A program made the translations under genes and the position numbers. The notes below the pieces were generated by a model. That model saw only the letters and a program-made list of their open reading frames with translations. It did no database searches and had not been told where the DNA came from. Below, in pieces: positions 46,437 to 56,710 of a DNA stretch of 64,000 nucleotides (within the stretch, counting starts at the first letter, position 1; each line of letters starts with the position of its first letter). Origin of the DNA: a virus; the IMG/VR virus record IMGVR_UViG_3300010371_000030, positions 32,001 to 96,000 of that record; one strand, written 5' to 3'.

Positions 46437-46620
46437 CCGGGCAACCGACGCCCGCGTCAGGGCAGTACCACTCGCCATCGGGCGACCGGCACGCCGTCGC
46501 GTCACCGCACCCATCCAACTCGGGCTCGCCGCCGCTACACGTGGCGCAGACGATGGCGGCGGCGAGCGTCGCCAACGCCACGATCAACGCGAACCAGTTC
46601 TCAATCGGGGTCCATCGCAT
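46426..46620 (-). CDS. Small Cys-rich membrane/lipoprotein
   Basis: TM segment then CSGG...CPDAGVGCPDGG. Confidence 0.5.
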   Translation of the reverse strand: MRWTPIENWFALIVALATLAAAIVCATCSGGEPELDGCGDATACRSPDGEWYCPDAGVGCPDGG

Positions 46621-46624
46621 CTCA

Positions 46625-46861
46625 TCACCCTCCCTCGCCGCACCATCCCGTGAAGTGGAACTCAGCGCTTGCCTGTTCCATGTACGCCTGCGCTTCGTCG
46701 TCGGGCACGGACATGGCATGGCGTTCGCTTCCCCGGGCCAACGTCAGCTCGGTGAAGCCCTCGTATCCATCGGAGGGCGCCGTGGCGATGACGGCCCACA
46801 GTTGTCCTTCGATGTCTACAGCCTTGAAGTGTACGGTGAATCCGACGGTCGATGCGCTCAT
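46625..46861 (-). CDS. Hypothetical protein
   Basis: 78-aa ORF fitting the operon. Confidence 0.45.
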   Translation of the reverse strand: MSASTVGFTVHFKAVDIEGQLWAVIATAPSDGYEGFTELTLARGSERHAMSVPDDEAQAYMEQASAEFHFTGWCGEGG

Positions 46862-46897
46862 GTCGGCCCTTACTGTAGAGCCGGAGCGCAGCGATGG

Positions 46898-47467
46898 TTA
46901 GCGCTTTGGGCGCGCTTCGTACGTGGTCTCGCAGTTCAGACGGTTGGCCTTCCGTCTCGCGTCCATCTCGGACATGCCGCTGTCGTACCAATGCCCGCCG
47001 TCTTTGCCGGCGCACCATACGCCCCATCCGCCACGTTCCAGCAGCGGGAACGATTCAGACGGGGCGAACATCGACCAGCAGCGGACGGCGTTCAACGCCT
47101 CTGCCAGCTCGTGCTGCCCGGCGGAGTCGGACGTGTCCCGGGCTGCCCGAGCGTAGATGCCGAGCGCCTTTGCCAGCGCCGTCACCGCCGTGGACACCTC
47201 GCGTCGGACGTCGGCCGCCTCGGTCTCCGTGAGCGGAACGGGCGGCCCAGGCGGCGACTTCGGGCAGCCATCGAAGTGCCCGAGATGCGGCGAAGCCAGA
47301 TGTCGCAGCAGCCACTCCATCGCCGCTTCCAGATCCTCACGTGAAGCCGGAGTCATGGTAATGTACGGCTTGCGTTCGTGTCGCATACTTTGGAGCATGC
47401 TACGAAGGGCTACCAACGTTTGGATGTGCTGACGAATGGCCCGAGGGAAGCGTGTAGTGGCCTTCAT
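46898..47467 (-). CDS. Hypothetical protein
   Basis: 189 aa with GGAGG RBS. Confidence 0.55.
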   Translation of the reverse strand: MKATTRFPRAIRQHIQTLVALRSMLQSMRHERKPYITMTPASREDLEAAMEWLLRHLASPHLGHFDGCPKSPPGPPVPLTETEAADVRREVSTAVTALAKALGIYARAARDTSDSAGQHELAEALNAVRCWSMFAPSESFPLLERGGWGVWCAGKDGGHWYDSGMSEMDARRKANRLNCETTYEARPKR

Positions 47468-47832
47468 CGGTCGCCTCCTTCATCGAAACGACGGCGGCCA
47501 GCGCGGCCAGGCGGCAGCTTGGATTCATCTACCACGATGACACTCGGCCGCAGCCAGCCGTCGCTCTTGCCTCGCGTTCGGATGGAAGCGACACCGTTGG
47601 TCGGCACATCCGCCGGGCGCCAGATCATGCCGCACCCGTGGCACTGGTGAGAGCGGTGCGGAGGGTTGGTCCACCCGTTCGCGGGCTCCGGCGCGTCCAC
47701 GTGCGGAAGGAAGCAGCGCGGGCACTGGAGCAAGATGTCGATGGGACGGCCATACATGTAGACCGTCCGAGCGAGGCAGAGCAGCCCGAGCAGGAGCCCG
47801 AACAGGGCGATGGCGACATGAGGGAAGTTCAC
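47464..47832 (-). CDS. Membrane-anchored Cys/His zinc-ribbon-like protein
   Basis: N-terminal TM, CPRC...H, HRSHQCHGCG..WRPADVPTNGV. Confidence 0.55.
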   Translation of the reverse strand: MNFPHVAIALFGLLLGLLCLARTVYMYGRPIDILLQCPRCFLPHVDAPEPANGWTNPPHRSHQCHGCGMIWRPADVPTNGVASIRTRGKSDGWLRPSVIVVDESKLPPGRAGRRRFDEGGDR

Positions 47833-48245
47833 GGCTTCGTTCCCTTCGGACGCGTCTCCACGACCTTGCCGACGCTGGAGACGACGTAGCCACCCGGCAG
47901 CTGCCACGAGGCGTGATGGAGCGTGTGCCCGACGTCGGTGGTGTCTTCATCCTCGGGCACCTCCAAGTTCAGTACCACCGCCACGCGCTTCGTCGGGCCC
48001 GCGGGCGTCGCCTTCGGCCCCTTGGCGATGGCGGGCGGAGCGTCGATGGCGCCCTTGATGTCGGGGTCCACCTGCCGGTTGTGATGCGCGAGGAGCGCGG
48101 CCGTGGTCGCGCGGAAGCTGGCGTTGCCGTCCACCTTCGCCAGCTCCGTCAGGAACGTCGTCAGACGCGTCCACGCGATGTACGGCAGAAGCTTCGTACC
48201 GATGAGGTTGTAAACGTCGATCACCGTCTTGTTCGATGCTGCCAT
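47829..48245 (-). CDS. Hypothetical protein
   Basis: AAGGAG RBS before ATG at 48245. Confidence 0.55.
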   Translation of the reverse strand: MAASNKTVIDVYNLIGTKLLPYIAWTRLTTFLTELAKVDGNASFRATTAALLAHHNRQVDPDIKGAIDAPPAIAKGPKATPAGPTKRVAVVLNLEVPEDEDTTDVGHTLHHASWQLPGGYVVSSVGKVVETRPKGTKP

Positions 48246-48256
48246 GGCTGATCTCC

Positions 48257-48790
48257 TTACTGTAGAGCCTGAAGCGAGTCCAAGAGCGACGACATGACCG
48301 CCTCCACAGCGGGCTCGATGTCGATGCGAGCGTTGCCCGCGATGTTGATCACCAGCGGACGCTTCAGCAAGTGTCGATAACGCACGATGTCGAACACGGC
48401 TGCGCCGATGTGGCCTTCCAGCGCGACATACAGACGGTCCGCGTCGTGACGATACAACGGGATGTCGACCATCCGACGCTTCGTGGAACGGCACGCCGTC
48501 GCCGTCAGGCGCTCGCCCGGCGAGTTGTAGTCCACGGCGATGCGGATGGTCATGTCGCTGTCGCGAACGTTCGCCCAAGTGCGCGGAGGGTAATTGGGCG
48601 AATGGGACTCGGCCAGACCAAACTCCTCGGCCCAATCGGGGCGAGGGCCGTCTTTGGTCCTGAATCCCTTCGGCATCGTGCCGCCAGTCGGATACCCTCG
48701 ACGGGCAACGGCCCGGAGCGCGGCGATGTCGGCGCCTACTTGAGCACCGCTGATGAACTTGTCGATGAAGTAGCGGCTCATGGAGTCCAC
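48257..48790 (-). CDS. SLOG-superfamily protein (putative molybdenum-carrier / YpsA-like)
   Basis: ISGAQVGADIAAL, GGTMPKG, YPPRTWANVRDSD, INIAG. Confidence 0.85.
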   Translation of the reverse strand: MDSMSRYFIDKFISGAQVGADIAALRAVARRGYPTGGTMPKGFRTKDGPRPDWAEEFGLAESHSPNYPPRTWANVRDSDMTIRIAVDYNSPGERLTATACRSTKRRMVDIPLYRHDADRLYVALEGHIGAAVFDIVRYRHLLKRPLVINIAGNARIDIEPAVEAVMSSLLDSLQALQ

Positions 48791-49415
48791 TCCAACGTAG
48801 CTACGCCGTCACGTACGTGCAGAGACATTCCAACTCCCCACTTCTCGTTCAGGATCCAATCCTTGATCGTTTGGGCGAGCACCTCATTACCTTCGCGCTT
48901 CCCCTCCGCGCACAAACGAAGGTGCTCACAAGCCAGTTCCATAACTTCGCTCTGCCGTTCGTACCTGTAGATGTACCAAGCCATGCTACACCAGTTGGCA
49001 GAGGATGGACTTGATCGTCGACATACGCGGGTCACACGACATCCCGCTCACACCCATCAGGACCGGCAGCGGCTCCAGCCTGAGAGCGGCACGACAACCG
49101 GGACACGTGACGCGCGCGTTGTCTTCGTACTGCCCCAGGATGATGTCGCGACCGTATGCGTTCAAGTCGTCGCACGCCGGTCTACAGTTCCAATTGATCG
49201 CGCCGTACTTGTGGACATCGCCGCTCATCGTCGTCTCCGTGGGTGTGTGCCCTAAAAGCAACCGGGGTAGCGCACCTGTCTCGACGGCTACCCCGGTTGG
49301 GCGTCCCTGTCTTACATTCCTGCCTCGCCGCGTTGGGCCTCCGCCACTACCACCGAGACGCCTGGACGGCGGCCTGTCCTCCCCTCCCTACGCGCGGCGC
49401 GGCCAACCGGCTGGG

Positions 49416-49985
49416 CTACGCTCCGCCAGCCCCGCTGACGCTGGACGTCGCCACGCCGATGCCCGTGGAGTCGACGCCTGTCCCGAAGTTGCCGCCCAGC
49501 CCTGTGCCCGACGACGCACCGCCGAATCCGCTCGTGGAGGAGCCTCCGCCCGCTCCGAGTCCGCCACCGACACCGCCGACTTCGGAGCACAGGTTGTTCC
49601 CACCGCCCGAGCCCGTCAGGCCCTGCGGCAGCGGACCCATCGAGCACGCGTTGGAGCACAGCGTCGAGGTACACGAGGAAGGATCCACGTACACGCTGTT
49701 GGGCTGGTACTTGTACTTGGACGGACTGACCGCGCTCGGGCTCGGTGTCTTCCGCACGATGGAGCCGATGAGGATGACCGCAGTCGATTCGTTCGCCGCA
49801 GGGATGGAGTACGTGCCCCGCTCCACCGTGGCGCCAACCACCGTCGTGGCCTGCCACTTACACGTATACCACAGCTGTTCGTACGGTGTACACGCCGTCC
49901 AGAGCGCTCCGACAGCCCCGAAGATCAGCGGCGTCAGGATACACGCCAGAGCCGCCCGAAGCACCTTCTTGTCTCTTGATCGCAT
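49416..49985 (-). CDS. Secreted/lipoprotein, Cys-containing with Gly/Ser-rich tail
   Basis: Signal-like N-terminus ending WTAC; GGGSSTSG tail; GGAG RBS. Confidence 0.6.
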   Translation of the reverse strand: MRSRDKKVLRAALACILTPLIFGAVGALWTACTPYEQLWYTCKWQATTVVGATVERGTYSIPAANESTAVILIGSIVRKTPSPSAVSPSKYKYQPNSVYVDPSSCTSTLCSNACSMGPLPQGLTGSGGGNNLCSEVGGVGGGLGAGGGSSTSGFGGASSGTGLGGNFGTGVDSTGIGVATSSVSGAGGA

Positions 49986-50069
49986 CGTCTCGTTTCCGTT
50001 CTCCCCCAGTCCACTCGTTCGGTAAGGGCGCCGACGTCGTGGGGCTGACGATGCGTAGGGCGAATGTGA

Positions 50070-50573
50070 CTATGCGGTGGTGATCAGATGCCACTGGTAC
50101 TTCGGCCGGGAGAGGCGGAGCGCTCCGCAGGCCCGGTCCAGACACTGTCTAGCACCCACCACGGCGTCCGCCATCATCTCGTTTGGAGACACATCGTTGG
50201 GGCTAGGGTCGCGCAGTCTCACGCTCCACGCGGGCTTCTCTGCTACCAAGAGCCAGTAGCCTTCGGGCCCCTGCCGAACCAGTCGGCATCCCGCCCTACG
50301 TACCAAGTCTACATCGAACATTGCCGCCGCCGCCGTCTCTCCGACGACCACGAAGCCATAGACCAGCTCGGCGCTCGGCTCCTCGCCGGTCGCCAACGGC
50401 ACGCCCAGCTTCCGCAGAAGGTCCCGGGCGGCATCTTCCGGGGTGGCGCCCTCGCCGGTCTCCGTGAACTGCGGCGTGTCTACGAAGGCGATGGCCCACC
50501 AGCGCTTCTCGGACACGTGGAGGAGCATATGGAAGTTGGAGAGACGAAGCGCCTGGTTGAGTGCGGTGTTCAT
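50070..50573 (-). CDS. Hypothetical protein
   Basis: 167 aa with GEGATPEDAA motif. Confidence 0.5.
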   Translation of the reverse strand: MNTALNQALRLSNFHMLLHVSEKRWWAIAFVDTPQFTETGEGATPEDAARDLLRKLGVPLATGEEPSAELVYGFVVVGETAAAAMFDVDLVRRAGCRLVRQGPEGYWLLVAEKPAWSVRLRDPSPNDVSPNEMMADAVVGARQCLDRACGALRLSRPKYQWHLITTA

Positions 50574-51621
50574 GCGTTGGACGTACGGGGCGACGGACCC
50601 GTGGGGCTGACCGACCGACGGGCGAATGGACCTGCTGTGATGTCGAGCATCTGAATGACGGGTGGATGTGGCGACGTGCCGACGGACCTATGCGGTGTGA
50701 TGTGCACCCAACCATAGCCAGCAGGCAGTGGGGGCGAAGACATTACACACACAGTGGGGCCCCTGGGGTGGCGCCCTTTGGCTGGCAGCCAATCGTGCTA
50801 TGGTGTCGACGGATTCCATAGCACCCCACATCCATCGACCAATGTTCTGGCGACGACATACGCGCGACACTGATTGATGTAGTATCGATGAACGCGCTTC
50901 CATAGGGCGACGTATGTATATGTAAGCATTGGATAGGTCCAACACTACATAGCACTATGGATTGGTATGCTGTCTGGTGTGCTCACGACTGTATGGCTGC
51001 TGTGGTGGTGTGTGCCATGCGTGTGTGCGGGGTTGGTCACACAACACAAACACATCGGTCTCTACTCCATTGGGCAAGACCGGGAAGCTAGCTAACATGG
51101 TGTACCAATAACATATCGTTCCCTAAGTATTCCATACCCATCGTATACGCGAGATGTTCCCCCTTTATTACGTACGGGGGAAGAATTCTGGGCCCAGGTA
51201 TTAGGACACACCGGGCGCCTCGGTCTCTATAGGGGGCGCTACTAGGGCTCTGGCTCGTATGGTTCGGGCGGGGGATGTGGTTTGGCACGGTGTGGGTTCG
51301 CCGAATGGTGTTGGGAAGCGAACAACGAGGATTGGCCACTTACATAGGCTCGGTGGCTCCATCCCGGAGATGTAATCTGCCAAGCCGTATTGGACACAGC
51401 CGGAGCGCGCTCGGAACACTGTCTGAGCTTGTCGGCTTACGTCGTCGCGAGTGGATACGCGGCAAGACGCGGATTGTGGCCATAGGCGGATGCCGAATTT
51501 GGCATGCTCCGCGGGCTGGCTCCGGAGGGGCGCGCTACGGGGCGTTGGCTACGCTTTCGTGGTCGGAGCTGTTCGTGTCAGCTGTGGGTCGAAAGCGTCG
51601 TGGGTTTTGGCGACTGGCCCC

Positions 51622-51650
51622 TTTACTTGTGCCAGGGGACAGGTTAGACT
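51622..51650 (+). promoter_or_regulatory. Sigma70-like promoter
   Basis: TTTACT-N17-TAGACT about 30 nt upstream of the plus-strand ORF. Confidence 0.55.
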
Positions 51651-51681
51651 ATCCGAGCTGGTCCGAAGGGCCAGCGGAAGG

Positions 51682-51891
51682 ATGACGACGATGAACATCG
51701 AGCCGGGCGTGGTGGTGATCAAGCTCTCGGAGCACGGCCCCATCTGGGAGGCGACCTGGTGGCACACGAAGTTCCACCTGGAGTCGACGGCGGAGAACCT
51801 GGAGAAGCCGCTGCTGCTGGCGGACTTGCGCCGGAGGGACCCAGGGCTGACCCACTACAGGGACATCAACGGGACGTTGAAGAAGCTGTAG
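51682..51891 (+). CDS. Small hypothetical protein, the only credible plus-strand gene
   Basis: MTTMNIEPGVVVIKLSEHGPIWEATWW...KKL; strong GC3 bias, GGAAGG upstream, terminator downstream. Confidence 0.7.
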   Translation: MTTMNIEPGVVVIKLSEHGPIWEATWWHTKFHLESTAENLEKPLLLADLRRRDPGLTHYRDINGTLKKL

Positions 51892-51916
51892 CGCGACGTC
51901 CGAACGGAGCGCGCGG

Positions 51917-51954
51917 AGGGCCGACCGCCTCGATGGGGGTCGGCCCTTTCTTTT
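51917..51954 (+). terminator. Intrinsic terminator
   Basis: AGGGCCGACC/GGTCGGCCCT stem followed by TTCTTTT. Confidence 0.8.
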
Positions 51955-51955
51955 G

Positions 51956-52510
51956 TCACCGAGGCAGCGGCAGGACGCGGTAGCGCAGCCACTTGCCGAG
52001 CGGCGCGGCCACCTGGATGATGAGGCCAGCGTCGGACAGCTCGTGGAGACACGCGGCGAGTCCGGAGAGGCGGTCCGTACGCGTGGAGAACTTCGACAGG
52101 TGGTACAGACGACCCACAGGATGCTCGCCGGAAGGCTCCGTCAGCCGCTCGTACATCTGCTCCACGTCCAGATCCTGGGTTGACTTGAGCGTGGACAGCG
52201 TCTGAACGATGGCGTCCCGAAGCAGCTTCTTGCCCTTGTCGACGTCCTTGAACAGCTCGTCTTCCCACGCGTGGAGATCCACGAATTCGGTGCGCTCCTC
52301 CACGGGAAGCACCGAGCGACCGGCGCGTGCGCGCAGGTCCTGAAGGCGGAGCGCCTTCACGCCGTGGCTGGCGTTGGCTTGTCGCGACGCCCACACGAGC
52401 CACTCTTCCATGTGTCCGAGCAGCCGCGCGTCGCGGAGGGTGAGGGCGACGTCTTGCTGGTGCCCTCGCAACATCAACAGCATCGACAAACGGATGACTT
52501 CATCGTTCAT
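51956..52510 (-). CDS. Hypothetical protein
   Basis: 184 aa with AGGAG RBS. Confidence 0.6.
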   Translation of the reverse strand: MNDEVIRLSMLLMLRGHQQDVALTLRDARLLGHMEEWLVWASRQANASHGVKALRLQDLRARAGRSVLPVEERTEFVDLHAWEDELFKDVDKGKKLLRDAIVQTLSTLKSTQDLDVEQMYERLTEPSGEHPVGRLYHLSKFSTRTDRLSGLAACLHELSDAGLIIQVAAPLGKWLRYRVLPLPR

Positions 52511-53264
52511 GGCTGGTCTCTCCTGGCGCCGGGTTGGCGCGTCGGGAGCTTATGCTGCCCCGGGTGAGCGGTCGCTGCTTACGCTTGAGGGGTGGAAAGG
52601 ATGGACGCCAGGAGACGCGGCGTGACGTCTGCGAGGAAGTGATCCTGACAGCAGTAGAACGTCGTCCAGCGTTGGATGAGCCGCGCTCCGCACGTAGGGC
52701 ACAAGCCGGCTCCGATGGCACTGTCGATGAGCAGGCAATGGGCTTCCCACGGAGGCTCGCGCGGCGGGTCGACTACCTCTAGTGCCATCTGTCGCCCGAC
52801 AGGAGCTTGAGGAAGTGGAACGCCTCGCTTCCAGCGTAGCGTGCTCGTCGCGCTTGCTTGTCGATCCAGCACCGCACCAACCATCGCCTCCGCTTCCACG
52901 GAGACCAGGCCGAAGTAGGCGTGTCGTTGCGAGGCGTCACAGGCATGACGTCAACGACGTCCATGCACACCTCCGGCCGGCAGGGGCTCGGGCGAGGGCA
53001 GGCACGCGTACAGCGTCGTGAGCGCCGCTGCCACCGAGATGAGCACGCCGGCCGTCACGCGGCGTCTAGCTCGTCGGGCCTGGATCAGGGCGAGGCTCGC
53101 CCGTTTCCGGCGCATGATCTCCGGATCATTGGGCGCCACGGGCAGGTTGTAGAAGTCGTCAGGGTGAAACTTGAGGCTGGTCGTCGGCTGAACTCCCATG
53201 CCCCCTTACATAGAGCTGGCAGCCGAGGCGCCGCAAGCGGGCGAACAGAGAATCCGGGGCTGCC

Positions 53265-53696
53265 CTACTCGTCTTGGCCGGGGATGGGCTCGGGCTTGTC
53301 GTCGCTGAACAGGCGCTCGACATCGGTGCCGTTGATCGTCGTCAGGGGCGCGTCGGACATGGACAGGAGCGCGATCAGCTTCTGGATCTCGCGGATGACC
53401 GCATCGTTCGGATACATCGGAGGCTCCGGCGCGCCCTTGAAGAACTCGATGGTGCCGAAGCGCATTCGGTGCCCGCGCTCGTGCTCGTATCGCGGCTGGT
53501 AGCGGCGCAGCTCGTTGATGTTGATGTTCACGAGACGTTGGTTGACGTGCGCACGGACCCATCGTTCCATGTCCGTCTTCCACACGGAGACATCGTGCTT
53601 GTATCTGGCGATGTCCTTCTCGCGACGCTTCTTGAGGACGGCCAAACGCTTCTTGAGCTTGACGATGTATGCCTTGGTCTTGATCTTCGTCTCCAT
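53265..53696 (-). CDS. Hypothetical basic protein
   Basis: GAGG RBS; METKIKTKAYIVKLKK... Confidence 0.6.
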   Translation of the reverse strand: METKIKTKAYIVKLKKRLAVLKKRREKDIARYKHDVSVWKTDMERWVRAHVNQRLVNININELRRYQPRYEHERGHRMRFGTIEFFKGAPEPPMYPNDAVIREIQKLIALLSMSDAPLTTINGTDVERLFSDDKPEPIPGQDE

Positions 53697-53710
53697 GGTC
53701 GTTTGCCTCT

Positions 53711-54226
53711 CTACGGCCTGATGGCGTGGGTGTGGGCCGTGCCATCTTCGCACAGCGGGCAGTCGACGCCCTGGACGCGCCGGGACTCGACCGGGACCGC
53801 GCGAAGATGCTCGATGCCCTTGTAGCAGGCTTCCAGCTGGACGCGAGCCTCGTTGAGCGCCAGCTGCTCCTCGGCCATCTTGGCGGCTCGATTGGCCAGA
53901 ACCTCTTCCAGAGTCCTGATGTTGGCCTTGATGTGGTTCGCCTCGATGGACAGCGTGTCGATGGCCTTGGAGAACGGATGGTGCCCCTCCATCCACGCGA
54001 CCTTCGCGCGAGCGGCCTTGTCGGCGTCGTTCAGGCCCTCTTCATAGCTGTGCGCGCCTCGATTCTTGAAGCCATCGTGTGCGGCGGCGAGCACCTGCTT
54101 GGCGTCCGCCTCGGTGAAATGCTTGCCGTCGATGGCGGCACGAACGATGTTGTCGATGTCGGCGTTGTACGCGTCGCGGGTGCGATGGCTGCGCGGCGCG
54201 TGTACCTCGTCCATTCCACTTCCCAT
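53711..54226 (-). CDS. Hypothetical coiled-coil protein with C-terminal CPLC..H.H
   Basis: AGGAG RBS before ATG at 54226. Confidence 0.6.
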   Translation of the reverse strand: MGSGMDEVHAPRSHRTRDAYNADIDNIVRAAIDGKHFTEADAKQVLAAAHDGFKNRGAHSYEEGLNDADKAARAKVAWMEGHHPFSKAIDTLSIEANHIKANIRTLEEVLANRAAKMAEEQLALNEARVQLEACYKGIEHLRAVPVESRRVQGVDCPLCEDGTAHTHAIRP

Positions 54227-54537
54227 GGCTGTCTCTCCTGTTCTACTGCTGAGCGTGGCGCGCCTTCGGAGGCATCGTTTGGCACCAGCAATACATCTCA
54301 TACTCGAATGCCGCGGCGTCACGTCCGACTGGATCCACGTGCCGAAGCATCCACGCGGCGGACGCTGCCCGGAAGCCGCGCCGCGCCGACTCCTGCCGCT
54401 TCTCTTGCTTGGCCTCCTCCTTCACTGATACACCACGAGCCCGAAGATGAGCAGGATGGCCCAGAGGATCATCGCCGCCAGGATCAGCGTATCCGAGATG
54501 ACCCACGAGCGCATACGCTTGCTAAGCGTCGCCACGG

Positions 54538-55023
54538 CTACAGCTTCCGACCGTGCTTGATCGGTCGCGTCTCGTTGTACGCCATCTTCTCCCTGAACAC
54601 TCGCTCGATGTCGATGTGGTGCTTGCCGCAGAAGTGGAGAACACGGATGAGCTCATCGGCCATCTCGCTCGGCACGCCGCACGGCTTGTACGGGTGATTG
54701 ACGTCCCATCCGCCGCCCGGCAGCTTCGGATATGGATGGTCATGGCGGATGGTTCGCCACATCGGTTTGCCATCCATCACCACCTGCCTGTCGGGCTGCC
54801 CTTCGCCCATGAACATGATGTCCGAAACCATCAACGGCACCTTCTCTTCGTACCAGACGGCCGTCAAGTCGACGCCATCGCGGATGTCCTCCATTGCCTC
54901 GCTCAGCTCGGTGTGCATGAGCGCAACGTCTTCCCCGGGCGTGGCGTCGGTGAACTGGTGTGCGACCGCGATGGACAAGCACTCGTCGCGCAGCTCGTTG
55001 AGGCTCTTGCTCCCGTATCCCAT
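54538..55023 (-). CDS. MazG-like nucleotide pyrophosphohydrolase
   Basis: ALMHTELSEAMEDIR, GVPSEMADELIRVL, EKMAYNETRPIKHG; AAGGAG RBS. Confidence 0.85.
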   Translation of the reverse strand: MGYGSKSLNELRDECLSIAVAHQFTDATPGEDVALMHTELSEAMEDIRDGVDLTAVWYEEKVPLMVSDIMFMGEGQPDRQVVMDGKPMWRTIRHDHPYPKLPGGGWDVNHPYKPCGVPSEMADELIRVLHFCGKHHIDIERVFREKMAYNETRPIKHGRKL

Positions 55024-55024
55024 G

Positions 55025-55633
55025 TCACTTCTCTCCTTGTTCCTTCCACACCAAGTCTTCCCAGGCGTGGGGAGCCTTCTTGGCCCGCTCGATGTAACGA
55101 TACAGCTCCTGTGAACGAATGACAGCCATGCGATACTGACAGCCGCCGCCAGCATACACGGCATACTGGTCTTCCTTCGGCCGAAGGCGACACTCATGAA
55201 GCGAGCGAACAACGATGCCCATGGCCGCTCTCACGGCTTCATAGCGGCTGTTGTCGAAGCGCGCCCCGTCGCCCGGCTCCATCGGGTGTACTTGCCAGAT
55301 GGAATGTGCGTTACCGCTGTCGCAGCGGAGGCTCTTGCCGTCCTTGCCTCGATAGCACTTCCCGGCATCGACATCCGGGGCAAAGTCGCTCTCGTGGTGC
55401 GCGATGGCGAGTGCTACGTTGATGTACCACCTGGCGCAGACGCGCGGCTTGGCATGCTTCTGGCACGCGTCCAACGCCGCTCGGGCGACATCGTACGCGA
55501 TGAGGTTGTACCGCGACAGGCGCTCGCCAGGCGTTTCGGCCCATCCCGGTACCGCCTCGTGACGCCAAGTGACCGGCGACAAGTAGGTGATCACCGAGAG
55601 TGCGAACGCGAACAGATACTGTGAGAGAGTCAT
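55025..55633 (-). CDS. SLT-like lytic transglycosylase with signal/anchor sequence
   Basis: Hydrophobic N-terminus, LAIAHHESDF (catalytic Glu-Ser), SIWQV, AVYAGG. Confidence 0.65.
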   Translation of the reverse strand: MTLSQYLFAFALSVITYLSPVTWRHEAVPGWAETPGERLSRYNLIAYDVARAALDACQKHAKPRVCARWYINVALAIAHHESDFAPDVDAGKCYRGKDGKSLRCDSGNAHSIWQVHPMEPGDGARFDNSRYEAVRAAMGIVVRSLHECRLRPKEDQYAVYAGGGCQYRMAVIRSQELYRYIERAKKAPHAWEDLVWKEQGEK

Positions 55634-55679
55634 CGCGGCCCGAAGATACCGCCGCGGCGTGGGCGAGCGCTGGCTTGCG

Positions 55680-56267
55680 TCAGGCCTCTTGGCCTTGGTT
55701 GTAGTAGGCGTACATGCGCTGCGTGTCGACGATGCCAGCCACGAGACGGCCGGTGTCCATCTCCATCCAGTAGACGCCGTGGCGGATCATCGCGTGCGCC
55801 TTCCTCAGCACCGTCTCGCGACCGGGCGGAGGATTGGAAGCGTCGGTGCGCTGGCCGCCGTCGATGCGGATGCCATCGCCGATGATGGTGCCGATGTGCT
55901 CGACGTGATCGCCGTTGGGAGCGAGGTGGATCTGGTTGCCGCGCACCAGGAGCGTGGCATAGTCCGGATGCGACGGCTCGATGTACGCAGCTGCCTGCTT
56001 TGCTGCGTCGATCAGGTTGGTGATGGCGGCGCCGTACTTGTACTTGCCGCGTGGAGGGAGCGCGATGCCTCCACCCTCCTGAATCGCCCACCCCACCAAC
56101 GCGCATCCCGACGCGTTGTCGATGGCCGTGATGTCGGCGGCATCGTCGTTGGCCACCTCCCATTCGGCCACCAAGCAGCTGTAGCGCTCGTCGGGCGCGC
56201 TTACATTCTCGATGCTCTCTGCGTACTCTGCCACCGCTTCGCGCGGATCATCGTCGATGAGTGCCAT
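55680..56267 (-). CDS. Hypothetical protein
   Basis: GGAGG RBS; MALIDDDPRE... Confidence 0.55.
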   Translation of the reverse strand: MALIDDDPREAVAEYAESIENVSAPDERYSCLVAEWEVANDDAADITAIDNASGCALVGWAIQEGGGIALPPRGKYKYGAAITNLIDAAKQAAAYIEPSHPDYATLLVRGNQIHLAPNGDHVEHIGTIIGDGIRIDGGQRTDASNPPPGRETVLRKAHAMIRHGVYWMEMDTGRLVAGIVDTQRMYAYYNQGQEA

Positions 56268-56305
56268 GTATCGCCTCCAATCGGGCGATCCTACGGCGGT
56301 GGCTG

Positions 56306-56710
56306 CTAACCACCATAGCTGACGTGGCAGATGGCTTCGGCCGTGAGCACGAGAGAGAGCGACACCGGGCCGACCGCCGTGCCAGGGAGCCACAGGCGAA
56401 TCTCGCCGCCCGGCGGAATGGAGACCGACGACGTTTGGCTTGCTTGGTCGGTCCACTCGGCGCGTACCGGGCTGGCCGCTCCGGTGCTGTTGAGTGCATC
56501 CACGGCGATGCGCATGTACTGGGCGCCAGCGGGCGGCAGCTCGGACAGGTCCACGACCTTCGTGCCGGCTTCCAGGATCATGCGCCCGTTGGGCTGGAAG
56601 ACGCTCACCTGGATGGACGGCGGCCGGAACGTGTCTTGCTCGGGCTCGCCATCCTCCTTGTTCGTGAAGGTCGAATGTACGACGGCCAGCGATTGAGTCG
56701 GAGTGGTCAT
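56306..56710 (-). CDS. Hypothetical protein
   Basis: GGAGG RBS, ATGA overlap. Confidence 0.5.
   Translation of the reverse strand: MTTPTQSLAVVHSTFTNKEDGEPEQDTFRPPSIQVSVFQPNGRMILEAGTKVVDLSELPPAGAQYMRIAVDALNSTGAASPVRAEWTDQASQTSSVSIPPGGEIRLWLPGTAVGPVSLSLVLTAEAICHVSYGG

Noticed and set aside
50580-51620. tRNA or short ORFs in the non-coding island
   Set aside because: No cloverleaf or T-loop signature recognised; the ORFs lack the genome's codon bias.
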